A stretch of DNA of 64,000 nt from Tannerellaceae bacterium (GCA_051660585.1 JBOFPV010000040.1:64841-128840), one strand, 5' to 3'. Counted from the first letter of the stretch, positions 9,319 to 19,823 are shown. Program-made: numbers and translations. Notes: generated by a model from the sequence alone, not told the origin.

Positions 9319-10464
9319 CTATTCTTCTTTATGAGCTAATTGCGTGTTTACGTAAAAGACTCCCTTTGAAACGAAGATTGTACCTTCGGGAAAGATAGAG
9401 GAGTTTAGTATTTCTACTTTACCGTTGTCGATGACACCTCTTTCGGCCGGATGTCTATGGTATTGACCATTTTTATCGGTAAAGACAAAGTAGTTGCTGC
9501 CTTCACGGATCAATGCCGACTCTGGCAGTACACTCGTTTCACGACTATCTGCTTTTACTTGTGCATTAACGTACATACCCGGGCGGAAGATCGAAGCTTT
9601 GTCTTCGATTTCGGCAATGGCTTCCGTGGTTCTGTTTTCAGCATTCACGTCTTCAGCGATCGAAATGATTTTGGCATTGTATCGTTTATCCATGTTGCTG
9701 GTAAGATTAAATACAACAGGATTTCCAATGGCAACTTCCGGCAGATCCTTTTCGAAGATCATGAGTTTGATATATAGTTTTTGCTTGTCGATGACGTTGC
9801 AAATGGTTTGTCCCGGCTCTACTAGTTTGCCCGTGTTTACATCTACGTTGCTGATATATCCGGAGATTGGAGCTTTCAATGCTAAGCTCGGCATGATGCC
9901 GTTGCGTTGAATCTCTTGCGGATTGATGCCTAAGATGGTGAGTTGAGCTTCTGCTGCCTGCAACTTGCTTTTTAGGGTTTCGTATTCAGCAATGGTTTGT
10001 TCAAGCTTTTTGCCCGATGTAGCCTGTTCGTTTTTCAAGGTCTCCTGGCGTGTAATCTCTTTTTGCATGTATTTGTATGCTGCATTGTTTTCGAGATACT
10101 CTTGCTGTAATTTGATGAACTCGGGATTATCTAGCGTTACAATGGTAGCACCTTTGTTGACAAACTGGCCCGGAAGTATCGATACCGATTTTACAACACC
10201 GCCTACGATAGGTGTAATCGTTGCCTTTTGTTGAGGCGGAGCCTGAATGGTACCATTGCAATCGATGGTGTGCGAGATCATCTCCTTTTGCATGGTTGTA
10301 GTTTCGATTTGAGCAAGTGATTTTTGCTCGTCGTTGAATGCCACCGATGAAGCCGCTTCTGTAGATGCGGCTGCCGGTTGACTTATTGCTTCGGTTTGTT
10401 GTTTTTCTGTGTTGCATGCATACATCAAGCAAAGTGTGCATACGTATATAATCGTTTTTCTCAT
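9319..10464 (-). CDS. Efflux RND periplasmic adaptor (membrane fusion protein, CzcB/CusB-like)
   Basis: Lipoprotein N-terminus (CTLCLMYAC), a coiled-coil hairpin (LQAAEAQLTILG...) and barrel-sandwich motifs. It lies 9 nt downstream of the RND gene. Confidence 0.85.
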   Translation of the reverse strand: MRKTIIYVCTLCLMYACNTEKQQTEAISQPAAASTEAASSVAFNDEQKSLAQIETTTMQKEMISHTIDCNGTIQAPPQQKATITPIVGGVVKSVSILPGQFVNKGATIVTLDNPEFIKLQQEYLENNAAYKYMQKEITRQETLKNEQATSGKKLEQTIAEYETLKSKLQAAEAQLTILGINPQEIQRNGIMPSLALKAPISGYISNVDVNTGKLVEPGQTICNVIDKQKLYIKLMIFEKDLPEVAIGNPVVFNLTSNMDKRYNAKIISIAEDVNAENRTTEAIAEIEDKASIFRPGMYVNAQVKADSRETSVLPESALIREGSNYFVFTDKNGQYHRHPAERGVIDNGKVEILNSSIFPEGTIFVSKGVFYVNTQLAHKEE

Positions 10465-10473
10465 GATGTGGAG

Positions 10474-13400
10474 TTACTTTTGATAAAGTTGATATTCGAT
10501 AATTGATTCGTTGTATTGATAAAGCGCGTCGATGTAACCAACTTGTAGTTCGAGCGCAGCCTTTATGCTTTGTACAAATTCACTGATATCGTTTTCTTCG
10601 TGTTTCAACTGAGCTTCGGCTGCGTTGCGTAGCGCACGAGCCTGCTCAAGTCCGTACTTTTGATAGTTCTCGATCGTTTGTCCGTATTTGCGTTGTTGCA
10701 GATTCAACTCGTCGAGTTTGTTTTGCAAACGGTTGTGGATGTCTTGTGATTCGAGTTGAGCAAGCGTTGTTTGAAGTTTTGCTTGCTTGATACGGCTGCG
10801 TTGCGGTAAGAAATAAACCGGAAACGATACACCGATGCTCCACGATTGAAGCCCCTTGAGTGGCAATATGTTTTGGTTTTGATACCCCAACGATAGTTCG
10901 GGAAAGAACTTACTCGCCTCGATCGAAACTTCCGCTTTGCGTTCGTTGATGAAACTCTGAATACGTTGACTTTGCAATGTTTCGCCTGCCTGAATCGAAG
11001 GAAGCGGAGACAACAACTCTAGTTGTGCACCTGCCGGAGTGAGACTAACGGGAGAGAAACATACGGCTCGTAGTTTATTTGTAGCGATGATGCGATTTTG
11101 TTCCGACTGAAACAGCTTGTTTTGCATGTCGGCAGCAAGGGCATCGCTGATACTTTTTTCAAGTAGCGTAATCTCTCCTACACGGTATTTGGCTTCACCC
11201 GACTTGCGAATCTTTTGCGCCATAGAGGCTTCTTCTGTATAGATGCGCTCCAACTCGAATGCATAAAGCAACTCATTCCAAGCACTCTTTACTTCCGCGA
11301 CCAGCTCCTTTTCGGTAAGCTTGCGGCTAATCTGTGCACTTTCGATTTGTCTATTTACGAGTTTATTCTTGTAGATAGGCGTAATCAGCGATCCGAGTGA
11401 TTGCGAAAGGTTGTATTGTCTGTCCTTCTTGTCGTCGGAGTTCAGTTGTCCTTGTGCATAATCAAACTCCATTGGCGATAAATCCACTACAGCTCCGCGC
11501 CCGGCTTTTGCATGGTCGATTTCTACATCTGCACGCTTGAGCATCGGGTTGTTTTGCAGTGCCATTTCAATACACTCATCAAGGGTTACAACTGTTTGTT
11601 GATTGGATGTTTGGGCTTGCATTGGTAGCACGAAAGCCAGCAATACACACGAACTAACGAAGAAGCGTTTGATTTTCTTGAAGCCTTGCTTTTCGAACGA
11701 GTTTACAATGCGGTAAAAGATCGGAATAATGATCAGCGTAAGCAGAGTAGATACAATAAGTCCGCCGATAACAACCGTTGCAAGCGGGCGTTGTACCTCT
11801 GATCCGGCTGATGTAGCAATAGCCATCGGTACGAAGCCTAATGAGGCAACCAAACCGGTAAGCATAACAGGACGCAGCAAGTGAGGACAGCCTTTCCATA
11901 TAATCAGGTTGGTCGACAAACGTGTCTCCTTTTTCAATTGATTGAAGTGATTGATCATCAGGATACCGTTAAGTACAGAAACCCCAAACAATGCAATAAA
12001 GCCTACACCTGCCGAGATACTAAACGGAAGTCCGCGCAACCATAAGGCCGTAATACCTCCAATCAAAGATAAAGGTACGGTACTGAAAATAACCAACGCA
12101 TAAGTGATGGATCCGAAAGCAAAGAAAAGCAACAATAAGATCAACGATAAAGCGACCGGAATTACGATGGTAAGACGGCTGATTGCATTCTGTAAGTTTT
12201 CGAATTGTCCGCCATAGGTAAAGCGATATCCTGCATCTAGTTTTACGTTGTTATTGAGTTGTTCTTGGATTTGTGCAACAACCTGTTGTACATCGGCGTC
12301 GCGAACGTTTACACCGATCACAATGCGTCGTTTTGTTGCATCGCGATTGATCTGAAGCGGGCCTTCTACCAGTTTGGTCTTGGCTACTTCCGAGAGTGGG
12401 ATTTGTTCGCCCAATGGTGTGCGTACAAAAAGCTTATCTAGATTAACATCGTTTGCTTTGTTGCTTACGTAGCGAACAACCAAGTCGAAACGACGTTCGT
12501 TTTCAAAGATTACACCGGCTGCTTCTCCAGCAAATGCCGTACGAATCACAGCGTTTAGTTCGTCGATATTGAGTCCGTGTTGGGCGATTCGTTTACGATC
12601 AAACTCAACAACCAACTGCGGAAGACCTACAACTTGTTCTACAATAACGTCGGCCGCACCGTTTACTTTAGAAATGTATGATGCTGCTTCGTTTGCCTTG
12701 TCGTAAAGCACATTCATGTCTTCGCCGTAAAGTTTAATGGCAATGTCGGCTTTCGAGCCGGTCATCAATTCGTTGAAGCGAAGCTGGATGGGTTGTGAAA
12801 AGTTGAACGTGGCTCCGGTTACGGCAGCTAGTCTGTCTTTCATCTTTTCTACCATCTCGGCACGACTGCTTGCGCTGGTCCATTCCTTGAATGGTTTCAT
12901 CACGATCATGATGTCGGCATCTTCTACCGCCATTGGGTCGGTTGGTACTTCTGCCGTACCAATTTTGGAAACAACGTGTTTGATTTCAGGGAAACTTTCA
13001 AGCAATACACGTTCGGCTTTGGTCGATAGTTCGATACTTTGCGAGAGTGAACTTCCCACAGGCAGTGTCATTTGCATGGCAAAGTCTCCTTCATCAAGCG
13101 TAGGAATAAACTCGGCTCCCAATCGCCCGAATAAGAATAAACTACCAGCTAATGCAGAGAACGAAAGGACCAGTGTCATCACTTTGTGTCTCAAGCAATA
13201 GCTCAAAGTTGGCATGTATACGTTTTGAATCTTGTCGAAGATTTTATCCGCGATAGTTGGCTTGCTTACGATGGTATGTTTAAGGAATAATGAAGACATC
13301 ATCGGTACATAGGTAAGCGAAAGTAGCAAGGCTCCGATAATACAGAATACCAATGTTTGTGCCATCGGTGTAAAGTATTTTCCTTCGATACCTGTGAGTG

Positions 13401-14793
13401 TGAGAATAGGGAAGAATACAATAAGGATAATCAAAACGGCAAATGTAGCCGAGCGTACGACCTTGTTGGCTCCGCGCTCTACTTCTTTATCCATTTCTTC
13501 CTTGGTGAGTGTTTTCCCTTTGAACTTACTGCTATAAATATGGGCAAGGATACCTTCAATGATTACAATGGATCCGTCTACCACGATACCAAAGTCGATG
13601 GCTCCGAGCGACATCAAATTGGCCGAAACGTTGAAGAGTCGCATCAAAATGAAAGCGAACAGCATGGTAAGCGGAATAACCGATGCAACGATAACGCCGG
13701 CACGGAAGTTGCCCAAGAAAATAATCAATACAAGGAATACAATAATAGCACCTTCTACGAGGTTGAATACTACGGTAGAAATGTTACGAGTAACGAGAGC
13801 CGAACGATTCAAGTAAGGCTCAAGCGTAACACCTTCGGGAAGCATAGATTGTAGTTCGGCTACCCGTTCTTCAAGGTCGGCTGTCACCACATTTGCGTTT
13901 GCTCCTTTTAGCATCATCGCAATACCGCCCACGCATTCTCCTTTACCGTCTTTGGTCATCGCGCCAAATCGTTTGGCATTTCCAAATTGTACGTCGGCAA
14001 CATCACTGACCAAAATAGGAGCTCCGTCGCGGGTTGTAATTACGGTATTATTGATGTCGTCAAGGTTATTCATCAAGCCCGAAGAGCGAATGTAGTAAGC
14101 ATTGTGATGCTTTTCGATGTAGCTGGCTCCGGTATTTTGGTTGTTTTTATTGAGTGCTTCAAAGATTTCGTCGAGCGTAATGTCTAGTGCTCTGATCTTA
14201 TCGGGGTCTACACCAACCTCGTATTGCTTAAGGTAACCACCAAAGCTATTGATTTCGACAATTCCGGGTATACCCGACAGTTGGCGTTTAACGATCCAAT
14301 CTTGAATGGTACGCAGTGTCATGGCATCGAACTTATCTTCATAACCCGGCTCTACTTGCAGGGAGTATTGATAGATTTCACCGAGTCCGGTCGTAATTGG
14401 CATTAGTTCGGGAGAACCAAGGCCGGGAGGAATCTCTTCCGCGACCTTTTGTATTTGCTCGTTGATCAGTTGTCGTGCGTCCAATGTAGGGACGTGATCG
14501 TTGAAAACGACCGTAACAAGCGAAAGTCCGAAACGCGAAACGGAGCGAATCTCCTCGACATTCATGATGTTGGACATCGCGATTTCGATCGGGAAAGTGA
14601 TTAACTGCTCTACTTCTTGCGGGGCAAGGGTAGGAGAGATGGTTACGATCTGAACCTGATTATTGGTAATATCAGGAACGGCATCGATTGGCAGGGTGAG
14701 CATGGCATAGATACCTGCGCAAAAAAGAAAGAAGGTTGTGAGTCCGACAAACAACTTCTTCTTAATTGAAAAGTGGACAATCTTGCTAAACAT
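10474..14793 (-). CDS. CusA/CzcA-type heavy-metal RND pump fused in frame to a TolC-like outer-membrane efflux factor
   Basis: Residues 1 to about 1038 show the 12-TM RND layout with ...AVPDITNNQVQI... and ...GAIDFGIVVDGSIVIIE.... Residues about 1039-1061 (KKIKRFFVSSCVLLAFVLPMQAQ) look like a signal peptide. The last roughly 380 aa have OEP/TolC-type repeats (LDECIEMALQNNP..., ...YIDALYQYNESIIEYQ). Confidence 0.85.
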   Translation of the reverse strand: MFSKIVHFSIKKKLFVGLTTFFLFCAGIYAMLTLPIDAVPDITNNQVQIVTISPTLAPQEVEQLITFPIEIAMSNIMNVEEIRSVSRFGLSLVTVVFNDHVPTLDARQLINEQIQKVAEEIPPGLGSPELMPITTGLGEIYQYSLQVEPGYEDKFDAMTLRTIQDWIVKRQLSGIPGIVEINSFGGYLKQYEVGVDPDKIRALDITLDEIFEALNKNNQNTGASYIEKHHNAYYIRSSGLMNNLDDINNTVITTRDGAPILVSDVADVQFGNAKRFGAMTKDGKGECVGGIAMMLKGANANVVTADLEERVAELQSMLPEGVTLEPYLNRSALVTRNISTVVFNLVEGAIIVFLVLIIFLGNFRAGVIVASVIPLTMLFAFILMRLFNVSANLMSLGAIDFGIVVDGSIVIIEGILAHIYSSKFKGKTLTKEEMDKEVERGANKVVRSATFAVLIILIVFFPILTLTGIEGKYFTPMAQTLVFCIIGALLLSLTYVPMMSSLFLKHTIVSKPTIADKIFDKIQNVYMPTLSYCLRHKVMTLVLSFSALAGSLFLFGRLGAEFIPTLDEGDFAMQMTLPVGSSLSQSIELSTKAERVLLESFPEIKHVVSKIGTAEVPTDPMAVEDADIMIVMKPFKEWTSASSRAEMVEKMKDRLAAVTGATFNFSQPIQLRFNELMTGSKADIAIKLYGEDMNVLYDKANEAASYISKVNGAADVIVEQVVGLPQLVVEFDRKRIAQHGLNIDELNAVIRTAFAGEAAGVIFENERRFDLVVRYVSNKANDVNLDKLFVRTPLGEQIPLSEVAKTKLVEGPLQINRDATKRRIVIGVNVRDADVQQVVAQIQEQLNNNVKLDAGYRFTYGGQFENLQNAISRLTIVIPVALSLILLLLFFAFGSITYALVIFSTVPLSLIGGITALWLRGLPFSISAGVGFIALFGVSVLNGILMINHFNQLKKETRLSTNLIIWKGCPHLLRPVMLTGLVASLGFVPMAIATSAGSEVQRPLATVVIGGLIVSTLLTLIIIPIFYRIVNSFEKQGFKKIKRFFVSSCVLLAFVLPMQAQTSNQQTVVTLDECIEMALQNNPMLKRADVEIDHAKAGRGAVVDLSPMEFDYAQGQLNSDDKKDRQYNLSQSLGSLITPIYKNKLVNRQIESAQISRKLTEKELVAEVKSAWNELLYAFELERIYTEEASMAQKIRKSGEAKYRVGEITLLEKSISDALAADMQNKLFQSEQNRIIATNKLRAVCFSPVSLTPAGAQLELLSPLPSIQAGETLQSQRIQSFINERKAEVSIEASKFFPELSLGYQNQNILPLKGLQSWSIGVSFPVYFLPQRSRIKQAKLQTTLAQLESQDIHNRLQNKLDELNLQQRKYGQTIENYQKYGLEQARALRNAAEAQLKHEENDISEFVQSIKAALELQVGYIDALYQYNESIIEYQLYQK

Positions 14794-14866
14794 ATTTTGA
14801 ATTTGTAAATAGTTCCAAGTTCAAAAATATGCGGATAAGTAGTAGGCCTAAGGGTTTTCAAAATGA

Positions 14867-14906
14867 AACGGCCGTTTTGTCGCGTGAACGAAACAAAACG
14901 GCCGTT
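14867..14906 (-). terminator. Hairpin terminator downstream of the DUF1343 gene
   Basis: A 14-bp perfect stem AACGGCCGTTTTGT / ACAAAACGGCCGTT with U-rich flanks on both strands. Confidence 0.5.
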
Positions 14907-14920
14907 GAGTTTTTATAGGT

Positions 14921-16117
14921 TTAATTTCTATTGTCGGGATATAGCAAGTATTGCGAGCGCATTTGTTTATAACGTTGCAACGCCGGTTGCCATTCGCTTT
15001 TGATTTGCTGCTCTGATTTGCCGGCAACAATCGCTTGGCGGAGTTTCGAGGTTCCGGTAAGTAAGTCGAACCATTTCGGGCGGTCGAAGAAAAGTTCTTT
15101 TTGTCCCGATTTGTTGTAGAAGTCGATGAAGTATTGCAAAGAAAAGCCAGTGGGAGGAGTAACCTCGCGCAGGTCTATACCATAACATACTTTGTCTTTT
15201 TGCAACGGATTCTTATCAAACCCGTCCAAGGCCACAGGTGTAAATTTATAAGAACCATACTTCGAATCAGGGTATCCTATGACCTGAAATGGAAAGTAAG
15301 TGCCGCGACCGATGCTTACCTTGGTTGCTTCGAATAAACACAAAGAAGGATATAGGGCAATTGACTGGTCGTTTGGTAAATTGGGCGACGGTTTGATGGG
15401 TAGCGAATAGGCTTGTCCGTGTTCCCAACCCAGCATCGGAACGACGGTGAGTTTGCAAGTTGCAGGTTGCGACTTGAGCCACTTTTCACCATTTATCATT
15501 TGAGCCAGTTCTCCCACTGTAAGACCATGTAGTACCGGTATCGGGTGCATTCCGACAAAAGACTTGTAGGCCGGTTCCAGGATTGGCCCGTCGATGTAGT
15601 CGCACGGATTCGGCCTGTCTAGCACAATAAAGCCTTTGTTGTTTTCGGCACAAGCTTCCATCACATAATGCATACTGCTGATGTAGGTATAGAATCGGGC
15701 GCCCACATCTTGTATGTCGAATACGACTGCATCTATTTTGTGCATGGTTTCTGCACTTGGTTTTTTATTCTTACCATAGATAGAGATGATATCTATGCCG
15801 GTTTTACTGTCTTTTCCGTTCTTTACAAATTCGCCCGCATCGGCATTTCCTCTGAATCCATGCTCGGGAGCAAATACGCAAACTACGTCAACTCCTTTTG
15901 CGAGCAAAGCGTCGAGCAAGTGAGTTTGGTTTTTACCTACTGTAGAAGTTTGATTTACAAGCAATGCAATACGTTTGTTTTGTAGTAAAGGCAATAAAAC
16001 ATCGAAACGTTCGGCTCCTACTGTTACAGTTTTGCTGGTCTCTTTTGCAGCCATCTGCATTACAGATGTACAAATGCAGCAAAGAATAAGTATAAATGAT
16101 CGGATTCTGTTAGACAT
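14921..16117 (-). CDS. DUF1343-family protein (exo-beta-N-acetylmuramidase NamZ-like)
   Basis: ...LLVNQTSTVGKNQTHLLDALLAKGVDVVCVFAPEHGFRGNADAGE... is the typical DUF1343 N-terminal pattern. The start is set at MSNRIRSF..., which gives a signal peptide. Confidence 0.8.
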   Translation of the reverse strand: MSNRIRSFILILCCICTSVMQMAAKETSKTVTVGAERFDVLLPLLQNKRIALLVNQTSTVGKNQTHLLDALLAKGVDVVCVFAPEHGFRGNADAGEFVKNGKDSKTGIDIISIYGKNKKPSAETMHKIDAVVFDIQDVGARFYTYISSMHYVMEACAENNKGFIVLDRPNPCDYIDGPILEPAYKSFVGMHPIPVLHGLTVGELAQMINGEKWLKSQPATCKLTVVPMLGWEHGQAYSLPIKPSPNLPNDQSIALYPSLCLFEATKVSIGRGTYFPFQVIGYPDSKYGSYKFTPVALDGFDKNPLQKDKVCYGIDLREVTPPTGFSLQYFIDFYNKSGQKELFFDRPKWFDLLTGTSKLRQAIVAGKSEQQIKSEWQPALQRYKQMRSQYLLYPDNRN

Positions 16118-16400
16118 AGATTGATTCTTGAAATGTTTCACTGGCAAATGTATGTAAATTGCGTACAAAAGTTCAACACATTAGAGGTTTTTCGTTTCAA
16201 ATGAATTTAGTGATTAAAATTTCTTATTAGTTAAGTTTAAACGGTGTATAAGTTAGGATTGCTTCTTTTATATCCTTCAAGTAAGGAGATAATGAAGTAA
16301 TCCTTCTTTTTTTATCACCTAATGGGCGAAGCTATCTTCTAAAATAGTGTGCTCCTTTGACAAACAATTGTATTTTTGCTGAAAACAATTTATAAAACGA

Positions 16401-16943
16401 ATGAATCCTGTCGAAATAATAGAGAAATATTATCCTGTAGATCGGGATGTATATAAAATATTAGTAGCGCATAGCAGGGATGTGGCAACGAAAGCTTTAC
16501 AGATTGCATCCATGCATCCTGAAATGAATCTAGATCTGCAATTTATAGAGGAGGCGGCCATGCTGCATGATATTGGTATCATTTATACGAATGCACCCGA
16601 TCTCGATTGTCATGGAGAGTATCCATATATTTGTCATGGTTACTTGGGTCATGATTTATTAATGAAAGAGGGATTTACAAAGCATGCACTTGTTTGCGAA
16701 CGTCATACCGGAACGGGATTATCTCTTCAGCATATTATCGATTCGAAGCTTCCGATCCCGCATCGGGATATGATGCCACTTTCGCTCGAAGAGCAATTGA
16801 TCTGTTTTGCTGACAAGTTCTTTTCAAAAACAAAGCTTGGGCAAGAGAAGACTCCGGATCAAATAGAGAAGAGTTTATTGCGTCATGGAGAAGAAACCGC
16901 AGCACGCTTCGCGGCCTGGCGTAAACTCTTTTTAGGGGAATAA
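16401..16943 (+). CDS. HD-domain phosphohydrolase
   Basis: The H...HD motif appears as AAMLHDIGI, with later His residues (CERHTG). Length is 180 aa. Confidence 0.8.
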   Translation: MNPVEIIEKYYPVDRDVYKILVAHSRDVATKALQIASMHPEMNLDLQFIEEAAMLHDIGIIYTNAPDLDCHGEYPYICHGYLGHDLLMKEGFTKHALVCERHTGTGLSLQHIIDSKLPIPHRDMMPLSLEEQLICFADKFFSKTKLGQEKTPDQIEKSLLRHGEETAARFAAWRKLFLGE

Positions 16944-16968
16944 GTCCCTGATTATTGGTTAAAATATA

Positions 16969-16976
16969 TACCTTTG
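16969..16976 (+). promoter_or_regulatory. Candidate Bacteroides-type -7 promoter box
   Basis: TACCTTTG matches TAnnTTTG and lies 12 nt upstream of the ATG at 16989. Confidence 0.3.
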
Positions 16977-16988
16977 CGTATATTAAAA

Positions 16989-19790
16989 ATGGCAAAGAAT
17001 TCACGGATGATAACAAAACATAACTTGCCGGCGGTTATTGTAATTGCAATGATTGGCTTGTCGTGGGCTTTCGGGGTGAAGGCGCAGGGAGAACTATTAC
17101 CTGCATCGAACCGTCCGAATCCTTTGTATGCAGCCGTTCCGGATACAATAGCAAATCGCTTGGATACCCTTAACGTTGGAAAAGATACACTCATCGCTCC
17201 GGCCATAGATTCTTTGTCGCAAGATACGATAAAGCAATCGGCCAATGCACTCGATGCTACGGTAGACTATCAAGCAGCCGATTCTATCGTAATGACTAAT
17301 GGAAACTGGGCTTATTTGTTTGGAGATGGAAAAGTGAAATACGAACAAATTGAGCTCGAATCGGAAGAGATTAATATGAATCTCGATAGTAGTTTGGTAT
17401 TTGCAAAATACGGACTCGATTCAATTGGCGCTGAATTTGGTTTTCCGCTCTTTAAAGACGGAGGCGAACAATACGAGGCTAAAACAATGAAATATAACTT
17501 TAAGACAAAGAAAGGTTATATTACAGAGTTGATTACCCAACAGGGTGAAGGTTTTGTAGTTGCGGGAGAGTCGAAAAAGATGGAGAACAATGACATCTTT
17601 ATGAAAGGGGGAAAATATACAACGTGTGATAACCACGACCATCCTCACTTTTATTTTCAATTGACCAAAGCAAAAGTAAGACCGCAAAAGAATGTAGTAA
17701 CCGGCCCTGCTTACCTTGTAATGGAAGATGTGCCACTGCCTATTGCAGTTCCTTTCGGTTTCTTTCCTTTCTCTCAAACGTATTCTTCCGGTATCATCAT
17801 GCCCACTTTCGGTGATGAAAATGCACGTGGTTTCTACTTGCGCGACGGAGGATATTATTTTGCGTTGAGTGACTACATTGATTTGGCTTTGACCGGAGAG
17901 ATTTATACAAAAGGATCATGGGGACTTCAAGCCCGTTCTAATTATCGCAAGCGTTACAAGTATTCGGGTGGTTTCAACTTGGCTTATTTGGTAACCAAAT
18001 TAGGAGATAAAGGATTGCCCGACTATTCGAAAAGTAAAGACTTTAAGATTACGTGGAATCACAGTCAAGATCCCAAAGCGAATCCGTTTAGTACCCTTTC
18101 GGCAAGTGTAAACTTTTCTACCAGTAGCTACGACAGACAGTCGATTACCGGTATGTACAATCCGAATACGTCTACGCAGAATACAAAAAGTTCCTCAATC
18201 AACTATACGCGTCGCTTCCCAAACTCTCCTTGGAGTTTAACAGCGAATACGACCATTAATCAGCGATCGCGCGATTCGACCGTTTCGGTTACGCTTCCCG
18301 ATCTTAACGTGACAATGAGTCGTGTTTACCCATTCAAACGTAAAAAGGCGATGGGTGATCAGCGTTGGTATGAGAAGATTTCGATGAGTTACTCGATGTA
18401 TTTCCGTAACTCGATTGAGACGAAAGAAAATCAGCTATTCAAGTCTAACTTTATAAAAGACTGGAAAAATGCCTTCAAGCACGATATTCCTATTCAGGCA
18501 ACATTCAACCTGTTTAAGTATATCAATGTAACACCATCGTTCAATTATACAGAGCGTTGGTATACCAGTAAGGTGGATCAATCGTACGATTTAGCGACTA
18601 ATACGATTTTAAAAGATACCGTTTTCGGATTTAATCGTGTATATAACTACAGTGGGTCGGTGAGTGCTTCTACCAAGCTTTATGGTTTTTACAAGCCACT
18701 TCCTTTCTTGGGAGATAAAGTGCAAATGATTCGTCACGTATTTACCCCTTCGGTAAGTTATAGCAACTCGCCCGACTTCGGAGCAAAGCGTTACGGTTAT
18801 TACAAAGAGATGCGTTATATTGATGCATACGGTAATGAAAAGATTGATTACTATTCACCTTATCAGAATCAGATATTCGGTGTTCCGGGAAGAGGAAAGA
18901 CGAGTATGGTTTCGTTCGATATCTCGAACAATGTAGAGATGAAGGTGAAATCAGATAGCGACTCTACAGGGGTTAAGAAGATTAGTATCATAGATAACCT
19001 CGGTTTGAGCTCTGCCTACAATTTCGCAGCCGACTCATTAAACTGGAGTAACATTGCTGCCACTATGCGTTTGAAACTTACAAAAGATTTGACGCTTAAT
19101 GTGAACGGAATGTTTGATGTGTATACGTATCAGGCCGATCGCAATGGGAATCCGATTCGTGTAAACGTGCCGCGTTGGAAAGCAGGTAAAGGTATTGGTC
19201 GTTTGCAATCAGCGAATACTTCTTTCTCTTATACCTTCAATCAAGATACCTTTAAGAAATGGTTCTCGAAAGGAGATAAGGATAACGGATCTGATGTTTC
19301 GGAAGGTGGTGAAAACACAACAGATCAGGAAGCGGTTGATGGTGAGCTTACCGGAACAACAACCCCTTCGCGTCGCAATAAAGAGAAGAAAGAGGAGGGT
19401 GATTATGACTCCGACGGATATTATATCAATAAGATACCATGGAGTTTGTCTTTGAGTTATACGTTGGCATATGGTTATGGAACGTTCAATTCTCAAAAAC
19501 TTGAGTACAATAGAAAGCTGACACAGGGTTTGACTTTCTCAGGGAATATTTCTCCAACAAAGAACTGGTCGTTTAACTTTTCATCAAGTTACGACTTCGA
19601 CTTAGGGAAGATTACCTACATGACTTGTGGTATTACACGTAATATGCACTGTTGGAATATGTCAGCGAACTTCATTCCGGTAGGACCATACAAGTCGTAC
19701 AACTTCTCAATCGCAGTAAGCTCTTCAATGCTAAAAGACTTGAAGTATAACAAGAGCAACAATTATCGCGACAACTTAGATTGGTATTAA
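16989..19790 (+). CDS. Large outer-membrane beta-barrel protein, LptD/OstA-like (putative LPS-assembly protein)
   Basis: About 930 aa with a signal peptide (...GLSWAFGVKAQ) and a long region of alternating beta-strand-like, Y/N/S/T-rich sequence. Size and composition match Bacteroidota proteins annotated as LptD. The assignment is by resemblance only. Confidence 0.6.
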   Translation: MAKNSRMITKHNLPAVIVIAMIGLSWAFGVKAQGELLPASNRPNPLYAAVPDTIANRLDTLNVGKDTLIAPAIDSLSQDTIKQSANALDATVDYQAADSIVMTNGNWAYLFGDGKVKYEQIELESEEINMNLDSSLVFAKYGLDSIGAEFGFPLFKDGGEQYEAKTMKYNFKTKKGYITELITQQGEGFVVAGESKKMENNDIFMKGGKYTTCDNHDHPHFYFQLTKAKVRPQKNVVTGPAYLVMEDVPLPIAVPFGFFPFSQTYSSGIIMPTFGDENARGFYLRDGGYYFALSDYIDLALTGEIYTKGSWGLQARSNYRKRYKYSGGFNLAYLVTKLGDKGLPDYSKSKDFKITWNHSQDPKANPFSTLSASVNFSTSSYDRQSITGMYNPNTSTQNTKSSSINYTRRFPNSPWSLTANTTINQRSRDSTVSVTLPDLNVTMSRVYPFKRKKAMGDQRWYEKISMSYSMYFRNSIETKENQLFKSNFIKDWKNAFKHDIPIQATFNLFKYINVTPSFNYTERWYTSKVDQSYDLATNTILKDTVFGFNRVYNYSGSVSASTKLYGFYKPLPFLGDKVQMIRHVFTPSVSYSNSPDFGAKRYGYYKEMRYIDAYGNEKIDYYSPYQNQIFGVPGRGKTSMVSFDISNNVEMKVKSDSDSTGVKKISIIDNLGLSSAYNFAADSLNWSNIAATMRLKLTKDLTLNVNGMFDVYTYQADRNGNPIRVNVPRWKAGKGIGRLQSANTSFSYTFNQDTFKKWFSKGDKDNGSDVSEGGENTTDQEAVDGELTGTTTPSRRNKEKKEEGDYDSDGYYINKIPWSLSLSYTLAYGYGTFNSQKLEYNRKLTQGLTFSGNISPTKNWSFNFSSSYDFDLGKITYMTCGITRNMHCWNMSANFIPVGPYKSYNFSIAVSSSMLKDLKYNKSNNYRDNLDWY

Positions 19791-19823
19791 GCCATCCATA
19801 TTTGTGGATTCCTTATAGAGCAG

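Noticed and set aside
11560-11720. Possibility that the RND-OMF fusion is a pseudogene or an assembly artefact.
   Set aside because: I did not adopt this as the primary call. The frame is continuous, both halves look intact to their ends, and the junction encodes a coherent basic-hydrophobic segment. A single-base assembly error cannot be excluded from the sequence alone and is listed as the refutation test.
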